In this document: piece after piece, positions 35,901 through 51,352 of the stretch
How the letters are laid out: the number at the start of each line of letters is the position of its first letter
Numbering within the stretch: the stretch's first letter is position 1
Assembly: GCA_043228905.1 (NCBI GenBank)
Contig: JBHGNT010000002.1
Span: forward strand, 24,366,001-24,430,000
Direction of reading: 5' to 3'
DNA length: 64,000 nucleotides
Source of the DNA: Azolla caroliniana
Lineage: Eukaryota > Plantae > Polypodiophyta
Notes under the pieces: generated by a model
Databases searched by the model: none
What the model was told of the DNA's origin: nothing
The model's input: only the letters and a program-made list of their open reading frames with translations
Program-made: the position numbers and the translations under genes

Positions 35901-37619
35901 GAATACTTGAATTTCCTCGAAGAGATAGGTATTGGACGAGTAAATTCAGAAACACCTTCAGCCTCGGCTGTGGCAGCCAAGGTGGGAGTTGATTCTACTA
36001 CAGCAGAATCAGCACATTCAGGCTCATCCTTCAATGCTTTCATGGCTAGACCAGCGGCTGAAGGTTCAGGTGGAGGTGGAAGCGGAGGGTTTCCTAGGCT
36101 TCCTTTCCCACCCCCGGGACCAGCTAGCATGCAGTTTTTCAATACTATTCTTCCCCGCCTTTTCCAAGGTATGTTTCGAGGGTCTTTTCCAGGACCAGTA
36201 GGTCTTGCGATGATGGCAAGGATGTTTGCTGCTTTTGGAGGAAGATTTCCTTTTCCTCCTCCACCTTTTGGTTTTAGACCTAATATGCGTCCCCCGCCGA
36301 TGCCATCAACTACTCTTCCTGAGGGTGTTTCTCCCCCCATACCAGTGGACAACACAACCAATGTCGGGCCCGGAGATAATAAGGCTGCTTCAGAGCAAGG
36401 TACTTTTAACACAAGTGATACACCAATGGAAGGCAGAAGCCTTCTCAATTCACCAAGTGTATCACATGGAACTACAACTGAAGCTCCTTTATTTTCATCC
36501 ACACCGTTCCCCTCGAGTATTTCTTCAACAGTTGCATCGGCAATTCCACCTTTTCACACCACGTCTGGGGTATCGTCCTTTTCATCATCATCGGTGGGGG
36601 GTATGAATCAATCAGCAATGTTCCCCTCATTTAATTCTACAGTCGCCACTGAGGTTCCATCCAGTTCACACTGCAGCATCCCAAATCCACCAATACCAGA
36701 GACCTCACCTCCGCCATGGCCTCCTTCAGAATCACCTATTTCAGCTCCGTCAAATCCATTGATACCACCATGGCCTCCAGCATCAATTACTCCCATTGGA
36801 CCATCTAGTACAGTATTTCCAGTTTTGCCGTCAATCCGACCAGTTTTGCCTTCGGTTAGGGTTCCAGTTCCAGTTCCAGTTCCATCACAAAGCCTTGGTT
36901 TCACACCACTAGGAGGCCCAGTACATGTTCCTCCATCAGTATCTGTGAGGCCAGTTATACCCTTGATCCGCCCCGCTTTACCAATGTATACTACGCTAAA
37001 TTCAATAGATACACAAGAAGGTACTAGATTCACACCGCAAATGGCACAAGAAGTTTCTAGATTCACACCTATGACACAAGAAGCTTCCAGATTCACACAT
37101 ATTGGTCATGAATCCTCTAGATATACACATATGGCAGAGGAAACTTCTAGATTCACACATATTCCAGAAGATGCTTCAAGATACAGATATATGGCAGAAG
37201 AAGGTTCTAGATTCAGACATATGGCAGACGAAGGTCATAGGTTTGCATCTGGGTCTGCATGGAATGTGAACATAGATAAATATCATGTGAACACGGACAG
37301 CTATGCCATGGGTGAAGACAGGTATCCAGTTAGTGAGGACAGGTATCCTGTGAGAGATGATGGGTATCTCGCCAACAGGGATGGTTATCACATCAACAGG
37401 GACAGTTATCATGCGAACCCAGGTGGTTATTCTCAACAATCTCGACCTTCATGGGTTCCATCTCACTATCCTCAACAACACCAATCTTTTACCTCAGGCT
37501 ATACACCATCTATTGCCTACCCTAGAACAACATTTACTCCCGTGGCCCCGCTACCAGGGGCGGGTCCTTCTTTTGTATTAGAACCTCATGGAAATCCTGC
37601 TCCCAAGTCTTATTATTAA
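29947..37619 (+). CDS. SF1/branchpoint-bridging-protein-like KH-QUA2 zinc-knuckle RNA-binding protein
   Basis: Exons 29947-30300, 31201-31329, 31610-31655, 31798-31880, 33320-33397, 33481-33534, 34441-34566, 34667-34721, 34828-34928, 35418-35486 and 35883-37619. Motifs [39 protein letters not shown] and two CX2CX4HX4C knuckles. Confidence 0.9.
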
Positions 37620-38589
37620 CAGGAATAAATTCAGTGTGTGGAAAGCAAATAGTTTTTTCTCATCTTTTGAAACTTACTAATGTATGTTCAGGTATCTGAT
37701 TCAAAAAGCAACAGTTATTTCTTCAAATGAAATATTGAATGTTCACGGCAACCTTTGTGAACTTTTTCAATCCATTTAGTTGGAGGTTTTATGTTAAAAG
37801 CATTTCTTCAGTTGGCCAACTAATTATAATGCGGTTCTGAGCAAGGAAGATGTCCCGTGTAGGATTTGAGCCAAAGCACTCTTTGGAGTGTAGATCACGT
37901 GTAAGTTTAACACTCTAAGAGCTGAATGTAGCCATGTCATTGGGGTTTTGCTGTACACAATTTTTTATGTTCGATGGTTGATTCTAGTTGTATTATTTAT
38001 GTTAGTGATCCATACTCAATGGAAGAAACCTTAAAACCTTCATTTACTCTGGTTTGGCTAAATGAGTATAGTTAACTAGAATGATGAAGTATATAGTATG
38101 TCTGGCTCCTCTGAACATTTTCTTAAAAAAAGGTTTCTATATGCCTCTGAACATTTTCCTTGAAGAAATTGTTTCTCTGTGAACTAATGAATCTTGCTAA
38201 TGTAAAACTTTTTAACTACATTTCAATCATTCATGTTTTCAAGCTAAAAGGTCTTGAATTGACTAATAGTGTCTAGTAGGATTTATAATGGGTTTATAGA
38301 CTAAAACATGTTTTTATCAAAAAATGATGGTGCAAATTGATCTGGACGAAATGGTAGTGGGTTGGTTATCTAATTGTGGTGGTATTAATTGTTTACTAGG
38401 GTGTATGGTTGGTTAAAAAGATTATTTTGAACTAGACCAAAGATTATTTTGGTGCAAATTTTAAGAGGGTGCATAGATAAAATTTTGGTAAATTGGGTTC
38501 TCAATGATCTTAGTTATTTGTAATTTGTCATTGTGTTGATTAGCATTTGATCTATCAACACTACCTTTGAAGTTGAAGAAAGTGATGGT

Positions 38590-39693
38590 TAGATATGTGG
38601 TAGTTTTTGCATTTTTATTTTCCATGTATTTACAAAGTTTTTTGTAAGGTGACTCAAGAATGATTGTGTTTTTATTTTACTTGGATTTGACTCAAGGTAA
38701 AATTTGGCCTATTTGCTCCTCATTGATGTTGGTGATTTGAGAGTAATCTAGTATTTTTATTGATTGCACCTTAGTTGCTCTTGAAGAATCATAAACCTTC
38801 AAAATAGGATTTGTGCATGTTTAATGAGCATTAAACCAATGCGAAAGATGACATGACTAATGATGCGGGTGAACTAATGGTGGCCAACTATGGACAAGGA
38901 CTATGATATTGTTATATCCATAGATAGAAAGTGCAATATCGACATGAAGTAAAAATCCCTCTCATAGATCCCTCTGTGTGGAAGTAAGGGTAAGTCCTAT
39001 TTATGATGTAATGCGAAGGAAAATGTTCATGTTCTTTATTAAGAAAACTAATCATACTCTAAACCCCCAATACTAAAATCTAATTGAGCGAGAAATGACA
39101 AGCAAAAGCATACAAAACATTGCCAATTGATTAAAAGAGATGTGATGGTTTTGTCATTTTTATTTCCCATGTATTTACAAAGTTTTTGTAATGTCAAGAA
39201 TGATTGTGTTTCTTATTTTACTTGGATTTGACTAAGGTAAAAGTTGGCCTATTTGCTCCTCATTGATGTTGGTGATTTGGGGGTAATCTAGTAATTTTGT
39301 TATTGATTGTACCATAGTTTTGCTTGTGTAGAATCATAAACCCTCAAAATAGGAGTTGTACATGTTTAATGAGCATTAAAAACCAATGCATACGATGACA
39401 TGACTCAACCTAAAGAAAGATGATGGGGGTGAGCTAATAGTGGCCAACTATGGGCAAGGACTACGAGATTGTGATATCCATAGATAGAAAGTTCAATATC
39501 CTCATGAAGTAAAAAAATCCCTCTCATGGATCCTTCCTTGTGGAAGTAAGGATAAGCCCTATTTAGGATGTAATGTGTAGGAAAACATTCATGTTCTTTA
39601 TTAATAAAATTAACCATACTCTAAACCCCCAATACTAAAATCTAATTAAGTCAGAAATGTCAAGCAAAAGCACACAAAGCATTGTCAATTGAT
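38590..39693. repeat. About 550-bp diverged tandem duplication, possibly a gypsy integrase relic
   Basis: 38590-39131 aligns along its length with 39137-39693. A WWPTMDKD-like motif lies near 38878. Confidence 0.8.
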
Positions 39694-42600
39694 GCAAACA
39701 ACAATAAGTTGTAGATTCACATGCAAATGTTTCTTAAAATTCTTATATTTTAGCATTTTGGTGCAATGCCTTTTTACATCTTTCTAAGTGCTTGCATGGT
39801 CCATATGGCCTTTCTTGAAATCTTTATTTTTTTGAGCCAAGATTTGGGGGCTTCTGTCTATCTACTCGTCGTTGCATGAAGAACAAGATTTTATTGTTCA
39901 TGAATTTCATACTGGGCTTCTCTCCTTAGCTTCATGCACATTAATAACATTTTGTTGTTTTAGATTAGTTTATACCTTCAGCTTTTTAACATGTAGACCA
40001 TATATAAACCATTGGTGTGAATTTACTATTGTGTTGCTAAAACGAATTACGTTAGTCAAGCTCGGTAAATTCATACCTCAGAGTTGATGAATAAATACAT
40101 AATGTGATTGTCATGATGTTAAAGCAATCTTACGACGCTATATGAGTAAACACATAATAAGGCATTAAAAACTTGAACTTGTATGTCTGCGAACTATTCC
40201 ATTTTGACATTTTGTATTAAGCCGCTTATGAATATTCGTATTCATTGAGCAAGAGGATTCTTGTTTTTATTTTCCAAAAAAGAGGATTCTTGTTTTTAAA
40301 TCTACATAATTCATTGATTGGGATAATATTTTCGTTTAGTACAAAATCTAGATATTACAATGTATGTTGAAAATTTTAATTTGAAACAAGGAACTCCATA
40401 ACAATAAAAAGGAGAATGTATGGTGACTCACCACCATTTCTCGAACCCGTCCCCCCCTTATCGAGCTCATCTATGATCATGGCACTAATCGATGTCATTT
40501 AGTTTATCACAATAAATTAAGTAATGATGACAATATCTATTCATTATGAGATACTAGTTAATGATAATGAATATCCTATGGGTTGATGAATCTCCCAAAG
40601 AACATGTTGTCAATCTAATATTGGGTTTTACAATAACGAACACCTCAAACAAAAATATTATTTATTTTTTCAGTATACTACAGCTCCTTTAATGCATTAA
40701 AATAAAATTGGATGATAGTGATCTTTTCTATTTTTGGGTAATGTCCAATCAAATCCGAAAGAAACTAACTTTGACCTTTGATAACGTGCCCATTTAAATG
40801 TTGAGATCTTCATGTGCTCTTATCCATTATAATGCTATGGTGTGTTGGTTTTTTGTTCTTGAAGAAGTACAATGTATGAGGTAACGTAAGGTCCTAGTGC
40901 CCAACACTTGATCCATATGCAAGTAGGGGCGTATTGATGGTGTCAAAAAAGCACAATTTGGTTTGTGGCTTTTGAAGCCCAATCGGGGAGTGAAACAGAG
41001 CATGAAACTGTGAGCTCCCAAGTAGTGGGAGGAGAATCGAATCCCTGACCGCGTGCCTATTGAAGAATGAGTTGGCGACTTGTAGGCATTGGCCCGGTTA
41101 AGGGGGTACCCCGGGAGCCATAGTGAAAGCGAGTTGTATGTGTTTGCATTGTTGCTCAAGTGGCCCAAGGGTTGCATATGCTCATGAACCAAATGAAAAA
41201 CTATAGACAAACATATTCCCAAGTGTCGAGAGCATCAAGATCCTTTTAAAGTATCTCTAGTGTATCAAAAAGAGCAAAACATCATCCTCATGGAGCAATA
41301 TAGATATTATAATTTATTACTCCCATAAGAGTAATATATATTGAGAGCCGGTCTATGGTAAGGCCATATAGGCCTAAAAGAAGTATCCTTGCTTCACTCT
41401 AATGATGCTTGTATTCTCGTTGTAACATTCTCATATAAAACTTTTATATTGTTCATTGCATATAGGGTCATGTTAGACAAGTAACAACTAAGTGAGTTGA
41501 ATAATTTCTTTTTTTGTACTTTCGTATGTAATTCTTATTTTTCACCTGCTTTGAACTAAATTTATTTATGTATATTTGGTGAACTTATTCTTCAACAAAG
41601 TTGAGGGATTGTTTACCTTTCAAAGTGCATTTTCAATAGCAAACATTTTTTGTGAATTGTTCCACGTTGTGAAGGGCTTTCATGATGGGTACAACATCGT
41701 GCTTGTTTTTAACAAGACTTAAAACCACAAGCTGAGAAATTCAAAGTACAAATTGAACCACTAAATTATCATGTTTATGTTTTGAAGCTTTCCAAGTTCA
41801 ATAACTTTAGAAGTTATCATGATGTTTTTGAGATGACATAGAAGGAAGAAATACGCTTTTTGCATTGGTCTTTAGCATGCAATGTCTTGTTAAGGTTTTC
41901 CCAGGACTTGTTCAAGTGTGTTATAAAAAAATGTATATATCTTCCAATTATTAGTGCTAAAAAAATTTACATGTAGAACAAGACATCATCAAGGGCAAGA
42001 GGCATTTCCCAAAAATAATGTGAAAGCTAACCCATATATCAACCTGGAAGTTCAATTTTGGTTGAAATTATATGAAGACTTATACTATTTACATGGTTTC
42101 CACTTCAGGAACCGATGCACGTTTGTATGCCTTCTACACGTTTAGGAACCAATGGGCCATACATTACCCCATATATTTTCTCATACACATGCTCAACTGT
42201 AGGATTAGGCCTACTCCAATTGTATGGTTGTATCATATGATGTGCACGTGCAATCCAAAGGCATCTTCAAAAGCAAACAATTATCAATATGGAGATTCCA
42301 TCTTGACATAACCTTACTTTGACTTTTGTTCATTTATAGGCAAGGTTAAAGTAGACACAAAACAATATATTAAAAACATGGTTGAAAGGTGAATATAAAA
42401 ACAATGGGCACTCAAAGGTAAGGTGAAACTACACAATAGCTTTGATGTAGAGATATTATTTGATCCCTTGCTATCGAGACAAACACTCTTCAATGTAGGG
42501 AAGACGATGCTTCCACAATTGTGTTCAATGTAATGGGCTTTTGTAGGTAGGGTGGAGACTAATTAGACATATGACTCGAGGATGCATCAAATTTCCCTAC

Positions 42601-43668
42601 AATATATTGGGAAGTAAGATTAAAAAACAGTGAGGTCAAAACTAGCTATACATGCTTTGCCTCAATCTGCAAAAGCTCATAATGCTAGCTTTGTCATTTA
42701 AAATGCAAGAATCCCAATGGAAATCGTTTAGGGCTTCCAACCCTCTTTCATGACCGCATGTGTTTAACATGTGGTTGGGGAGAGATCTAAAACATTAGCT
42801 CAGCCTCACCTACATAATGTCATAAAGTTAAGCCAAATAACGCAATGTACCTAATGCCCTCTATGTAAGCTCATAAAGTTAGGTTATACAATGCAATGTA
42901 CCTATTGTCCTCTATGAAAGCTCATAATGATAGGTCATAAGTCATAATCTAGGGATCATAGCGATAAAATATCTAGAACCTATGGGGGATCGACGACTTC
43001 ATTCCTTATGTACTCATCACGAGTGTATCGAAGTTATGGAATGTTAAAAGTAAGGTGGGAAAATTTCTAGATCTTCATGTAAATCTGAAAAGTAACCCTT
43101 GTGGCATTAGTTCAATCCTCAGCTAAACCCTCTTTAACACTATAACATGCCATCACATACTCAAATGACTACCCTCAAAGGCTATAGTTTGCCATATTCA
43201 AGCGATGGGATCAGATGATCAGGAGTTCAGGATATGAGTTCATGAATACACACAATTTTCGAGATTTCAAAGATGATTTTAGTTTTGTGAAATTCGACGG
43301 TTGAGGTCGAGTGGAATACATAAAGCATTTTTTTAAATGACTATAATTAACCGCATGCGGCATCACATAATATATAGGTATGCTATAGCGGAGAAGGGTA
43401 ACCAGAGTTGGGTTTGAGGTTCATAGAACCAGGAGAGTAGGCTTAAGCTTTGCACTTAACTTACATTGAAGAACTTAGGCCCATAGTACGTAATATAGTC
43501 GAATGCATGAGCAAACATTTGTTTTTTTCATACGAATGCAAACGAATGCGTATGTTCTCAAAACATTCAAATGTTTTTTTTTATTTTACATTTTTTATCT
43601 TAACTTTCTTACCTTTAAAAAAAAAGTTACCTTATAATAAATGATTAATACAAAAGTACGGTATTTAC

Positions 43669-44136
43669 TAGCAATGGGCGCGGTTCGGTTTCTTGGCCTT
43701 GAAACCAAACCAAACCATTTATTTATATTAAAAACCAAACCAAACTGTTTAAATTTTATGAAGCCATTGAAACCGAACCATTTAGAGCGGAACCGTTTAT
43801 GAAAAATTTAGAACCAAACCAAATCAGTTTATCATAAATCAAAACCAAACCAAACCTATAAACTGATAAACCTATAAACCTTTAAACCTTCAAAACTTTT
43901 AAACCTTAAAACCAAACCACATAAGCCGAAACCGCTAAACCACTAAACCGTGAAATTCAAAACCGAACCGAACCCGATAAACCACTAAACCATGAAATTC
44001 AAAACCGAACCGAACCGAACCGGATCATAATATTTGAAACCAAACCAAATGGTTTATTTATCTTTGAACCAATAAACCGTTAAGCCATGGCTTAAAAGGT
44101 TCGGTTCGGTTCGAGCCGAAACCGTGCCAATCGCTA
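43669..44136. mobile_element. Non-autonomous hAT transposon (MITE-like)
   Basis: Perfect 8-bp TSD GTATTTAC (43661-43668 and 44137-44144). Imperfect TIRs TAGCAATGGGCGCGGTT / AACCGTGCCAATCGCTA. Dense AAACC/AACCG motifs inside. Confidence 0.9.
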
Positions 44137-44453
44137 GTATTTACCAAGCTGCGAGGGTGTTTACCATACTCGAATGGTTGAAACAATCGCGAATGCGAAA
44201 GCACGTATGGTTCCATAGTATGCAAGTTAGGCCTAGGCCCTATACCTAATTTACATGTATGGGAGGAGGGGTAGGCGATGCAATTTATGAAAACGACACA
44301 AACCACTCACCTATTTATATCCCTGCCCCCCACGCAGTGTCTGCGTCTCTCTCTCTCTGTGTGTATGTGTCTGTCTCTCTGAGAAACAAAACAAAGGCAC
44401 GGACACAGACAGACAGTCGAGACTCTCGAGCAGGAGACATAGCCACGAACTAG

Positions 44454-47200
<2,747 letters not shown>

Positions 47201-47654
47201 ATATTTGAAGGGGTTTTTCCTGGTTATTCATCAAGTGTTGAGGTAACTTGATGGGAGTATGTGGTTTGAAGAAGTATATTTGTTAACTGGACACTTATCA
47301 TCATTGCGTAGGTTCATAGGGATATGCAATAACTGCCCGTGTATCTTATTTTACCAAGTTTTTATTTTTATGTTCACATCCTCAATTTGAATTTCTTGTG
47401 CGAGTTCATGCAATGTTAATGATCACAATGCTGACGCTACCAATTGTATGGTCATATGATTGTCAGTGGAATGCAAAGGCAAGGGTGACATCGTTGACGT
47501 CCTGTGTTGAGTTTCCCTTAATCGTTTTTGTTTTTTTTGTTGATTTTTATTTGTTCTCTATCAGATAACTTGTGTGTTATGTGAATGCATTTCTTATAAT
47601 TGCAGTTAGATGCTTCTTAGGAGGCTTTCTTGAGGTTATTTATTAGAGCCTAGG

Positions 47655-48250
47655 ACATGTTGCGAAATCCTTGTATATTTTTGTTTCAATGATTAATATA
47701 TGTAAATGTTATCATGATGGTAGTGAAGGTAGAGAAGTGTTGCTATGTCATTTTAGGCACGTGTTGCAAATCGATAATGTTCTTGTATGATTTAGCGACA
47801 ATGAATGTTACATATATTACTTATTGATGGGAATGAAGAGATTGTAATTACGTTGCATGTGACTGAATTAAAAATTGTTGATTTTTTGTGTGTGTTAGTT
47901 TTCCTCAATAATATGATTTGGTGATCTTATATGTTGGAAGTCTTCTTGTATGTTTTCGTTTCAATGAATGGAGTATTACTTATGATAGAATGAAGGGCTT
48001 GCAATGACGTTGCATGTGACTGAGTTGAAAATTAATAATTTTGTTGGATTAATTTTCTGAAGTAATGTAATTTTACAATCTTGTATGTTGTATTTAATTG
48101 ATAGGAATGAAGAGCTTGCAATTATTTTGCACGTGACAGTTGAAAATTGATAATTTTGTAGTATATTAATCTTCCCAAATAATGTTGAAGTGTTCTTTCA
48201 CCCTCTCCTAAACGTTGTATTATTATTGATGGGAATGAAGAGCTTATATA
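47655..48250. repeat. Degenerate tandem array (about 5 units of 110-160 bp)
   Basis: TGATRGRAATGAAG core recurs near 47825, 47983, 48099 and 48227; the first three copies continue into GCAYGTGAC...AAAATT. Confidence 0.7.
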
Positions 48251-48814
48251 TTAGTTTTGTTTTTTCAAATAATATAATCCAACGTTTCCATTTTAGTGAA
48301 GGGTAACAATGCTATTGCACATTATCACATATTCTTAGCCATCTCATGATTCACAGGTTGCCCTTTGGGTTTTATGAGTATTCAAGTGATGGGACATGCT
48401 TTAAGTTGCATTACAGGCTATTCAAATCCTAGACTGATCTTACTTGAGGGGCTTTATATGAGAAAGGAAAACACAACATAAATGTTATGGAATAATGATT
48501 ACCTCGAGTCGTGATTGTGAAGGGATAAACAGGGAATGTCTATCTTGTGTAGGCTAATGAAAAATTGACACGGGTTGAACTAACTCAATATAGTTTTGAT
48601 GTGGTCCTTAAGAGGATGGGAGCATTTAATGGATTATATTGTTGGATTATATTGTTTTAATTCATGTGGATTATATTGTTTTAATTCATTAGCATGCTGT
48701 TGAAGGAAAGCTTAACAAGATATTAATGTAAGATTCATATCAACATTTCATGTTCTTGGTTTTACCCATCTTGGCTTAGTTCATTAGGGTCGAAATTATT
48801 CAATCACTAATACA

Positions 48815-51352
48815 TTAAAAACTTGCCATTACTATTTGTTCATGACTGACATCAACAATGATGTTGGAGATACACACATATGCAGCAGTTCCTGTTTCAT
48901 CCAATCTCACCACTTGTTCAAATGCAAGCTTTCCAACCTGAATATTCCTCCACTTTCTGCAAGCTCCTAATATCTTTTGCCATACAATTACGTCAGGATG
49001 CAATGGCATGTTCATAATCATTGCTACTGCATTGTCAATTTGGCCAGCTCGGCCGAAAAGATCAATGATGCAAGTATAATGATCCATAATTGGTTGCAAT
49101 CCAAAACCATGAACAAAGGCCTGCAAATATATTTGGCCTTCGCTTAGTAGACCTTCATGACTACAAGCATTAAGAATACTAACCAAAGTGACTGTATTTG
49201 GCTCAATGCCAACTTCTATCATCCTATCAACAAGCTCGAAAACAATCCTGCTCTCACCAAGTTGGGCATATCCAGTGATTAGGGTTGTCCATGAGACAAC
49301 ATCGGCACATGGTAGTCTATCGAAAATCACTTTGGCTTCCACAAGCATACCACATTTGGCATATGTATCGATCAGAGTGTTGCTAATTAAGCCCTCTGAT
49401 TCAAGACCTTTCGTCGAAACCTCAATGTAAATCTGTCTCGCCTTTATTGTAGCTCCTATGCTCCCACTTGCTTTCAATGCACAAACAAACGTGATGATGT
49501 TTGGAGAGAGTCCTTCAAGTTGTAGCCTATCGTAGCAACCAAGTGCTTTCTCCCCATGTCCATGTTCACACCAACCAGATATTAATACATTCCATGTGAG
49601 TAAATTTTGGACTGGAAGCTTGGAAAATATGTCCTCAGCTTCTCCAACTAAGCCACATTTGGCATACATATAAACCAAACTACCGCCCAGTAGCACCTCT
49701 TTTTCCAGGCCCTTTTTTGCAATATCAGCATGTATGGTTATACCTTTGTCTACATACCCTACATTTCCACAAATTTTCAAGATACACACATAAGATATTG
49801 CATTCAAAGAAATTCCCTCTTGCTCCATTTCTTTGCAACACTTGAAAACCTTCTCATTGTTTCCTAGTTCTGTGTATCCAGCCATAAGTGCCGTCCACGT
49901 AACAACATCTCGATCCAGAAGTTTATCAAATACTAGCTGTGCTTCCCTGAGAGAGCCACATTTTGCATACATATCGATCAAGGCACTACTGAGGAGCAAC
50001 TCTTTTTCTAACCCTGCTCTAGTGATTTCAGAATGTATTTCCCGACCTTTGACCACCATCAGCATTCCGATATTACCACAAGCTTTTAAGCTGAAAACGT
50101 ATGTTATAATGCTCTTGGCCATTTTGTAATGCTTCATCTCTTCGAAACAACTGAGTGCTGCCATATCATGACCATGTTCAACATATCCAGACATAAGTGC
50201 ATTCAACAAGATGGCATTTCGATCTGGAAGATTTTCAAACACTTTTCGGGCTTCTATAAGCAAACCACATTTCGAATACATATTCACCAGAGTACCACCA
50301 ATGAGAAGCTCGGATTCAAACCCTTGTCTTGAAATGTTGGCATGTATTTCTTGTCCTTTCAGAGTATTCCTTCTGGCTCCACATGCTTTCAAGGCCGACA
50401 TATATGTAATGGAATCTGGAGAAACACCTTCCTTACACATTTGCTGGAAATAGTGAAGTGCTTCCTCTTCAAAGCCATTTTCCACAAATCCTATAATAAG
50501 TGCATTCCAAGATATCACATCTTGCAATTGAAGCTTTTCAAATACTGCAAGTGCAGTTTCGAGCAGACCACATTTGGCATACATATCAACCAAGCTATTC
50601 CCAACGAGTAGCTCTGTTTCCAACCCTTTCTGGGCCACATTTGCATGTATTTCTTTGCCTTTATGAACGAGCTTTACACTCCCACAAGCTTTTAAACAAC
50701 AAACTAGAGTGGGTGAATCGGCTGATAGGCCAACAAGCAACATTTGTTTGAAATAATAAAGTGCTTTTGCACCAAATCCTTGTTCAGCATATCCAGATAT
50801 TAACACTGTCCATGAGACTATATCTCGATGTGGAAGCCCATCAAAAGTTTCTTGAGCCTTCTCAATTGAACCACATTTAGCATACATATCAACTAAAGAA
50901 CTACCCACAAATGCATCTCTTTCCAACAACCGAGTCGATGAGATATCTGCATGCAGTTTTTTACCACTTTCAATGTCATTAAGAGCAATGCAAGCCTTCA
51001 ACAAGGCTATATAAGCATAGCCACTAGGATAGAATGTAGAAGAAATCAGACCCATTTTCTTATATACTTGTAGGGCATGACGAGATTGCCCTGTTTTAAC
51101 ATAGTTTGTGATAAGAGTATTACAGGAGAATTGATCAGGAAATAAAAGCAAGTCAAAAACATGTTGGGCATGGTTAATGCTCCCAAGCTCAACCAATACT
51201 GAAACAAGATGGTTTCCTAATTCCTCTGGGAGGTCTTTTTGTGATGTGAAAACATCATATAGATGATGGGCATGAACCACATTCCTCTCTACTCTGCATC
51301 TATGGAGTAAACTCAAGAATTCTACAAAAGAGAGAGGATGGTTTACTAACAT
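48815..51352 (-). CDS. PLS-class pentatricopeptide repeat protein with E extension, no DYW domain
   Basis: Intronless 845-aa ORF with repeated LVDMYAKCG / DVVSWTALI / TFVCALKAC triplets. C-terminal HYTCIIDLFGRAG...VWQKILGAC (S2/E). Confidence 0.95.
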   Translation of the reverse strand: MLVNHPLSFVEFLSLLHRCRVERNVVHAHHLYDVFTSQKDLPEELGNHLVSVLVELGSINHAQHVFDLLLFPDQFSCNTLITNYVKTGQSRHALQVYKKMGLISSTFYPSGYAYIALLKACIALNDIESGKKLHADISSTRLLERDAFVGSSLVDMYAKCGSIEKAQETFDGLPHRDIVSWTVLISGYAEQGFGAKALYYFKQMLLVGLSADSPTLVCCLKACGSVKLVHKGKEIHANVAQKGLETELLVGNSLVDMYAKCGLLETALAVFEKLQLQDVISWNALIIGFVENGFEEEALHYFQQMCKEGVSPDSITYMSALKACGARRNTLKGQEIHANISRQGFESELLIGGTLVNMYSKCGLLIEARKVFENLPDRNAILLNALMSGYVEHGHDMAALSCFEEMKHYKMAKSIITYVFSLKACGNIGMLMVVKGREIHSEITRAGLEKELLLSSALIDMYAKCGSLREAQLVFDKLLDRDVVTWTALMAGYTELGNNEKVFKCCKEMEQEGISLNAISYVCILKICGNVGYVDKGITIHADIAKKGLEKEVLLGGSLVYMYAKCGLVGEAEDIFSKLPVQNLLTWNVLISGWCEHGHGEKALGCYDRLQLEGLSPNIITFVCALKASGSIGATIKARQIYIEVSTKGLESEGLISNTLIDTYAKCGMLVEAKVIFDRLPCADVVSWTTLITGYAQLGESRIVFELVDRMIEVGIEPNTVTLVSILNACSHEGLLSEGQIYLQAFVHGFGLQPIMDHYTCIIDLFGRAGQIDNAVAMIMNMPLHPDVIVWQKILGACRKWRNIQVGKLAFEQVVRLDETGTAAYVCISNIIVDVSHEQIVMASF

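Noticed and set aside
35855-37439. Antisense ORFs of 215, 162 and 87 aa
   Set aside because: Shadows of the Pro/Ser-rich SF1-like terminal exon.
41400-43300. Possible MULE/SWIM transposase relic
   Set aside because: Only vague motif fragments; no TIR or TSD could be fixed by eye.
43669-44136. CRISPR-like or telomeric array
   Set aside because: Irregular short motifs bounded by TIRs and an 8-bp TSD indicate a hAT element; there is no repeat-spacer periodicity.
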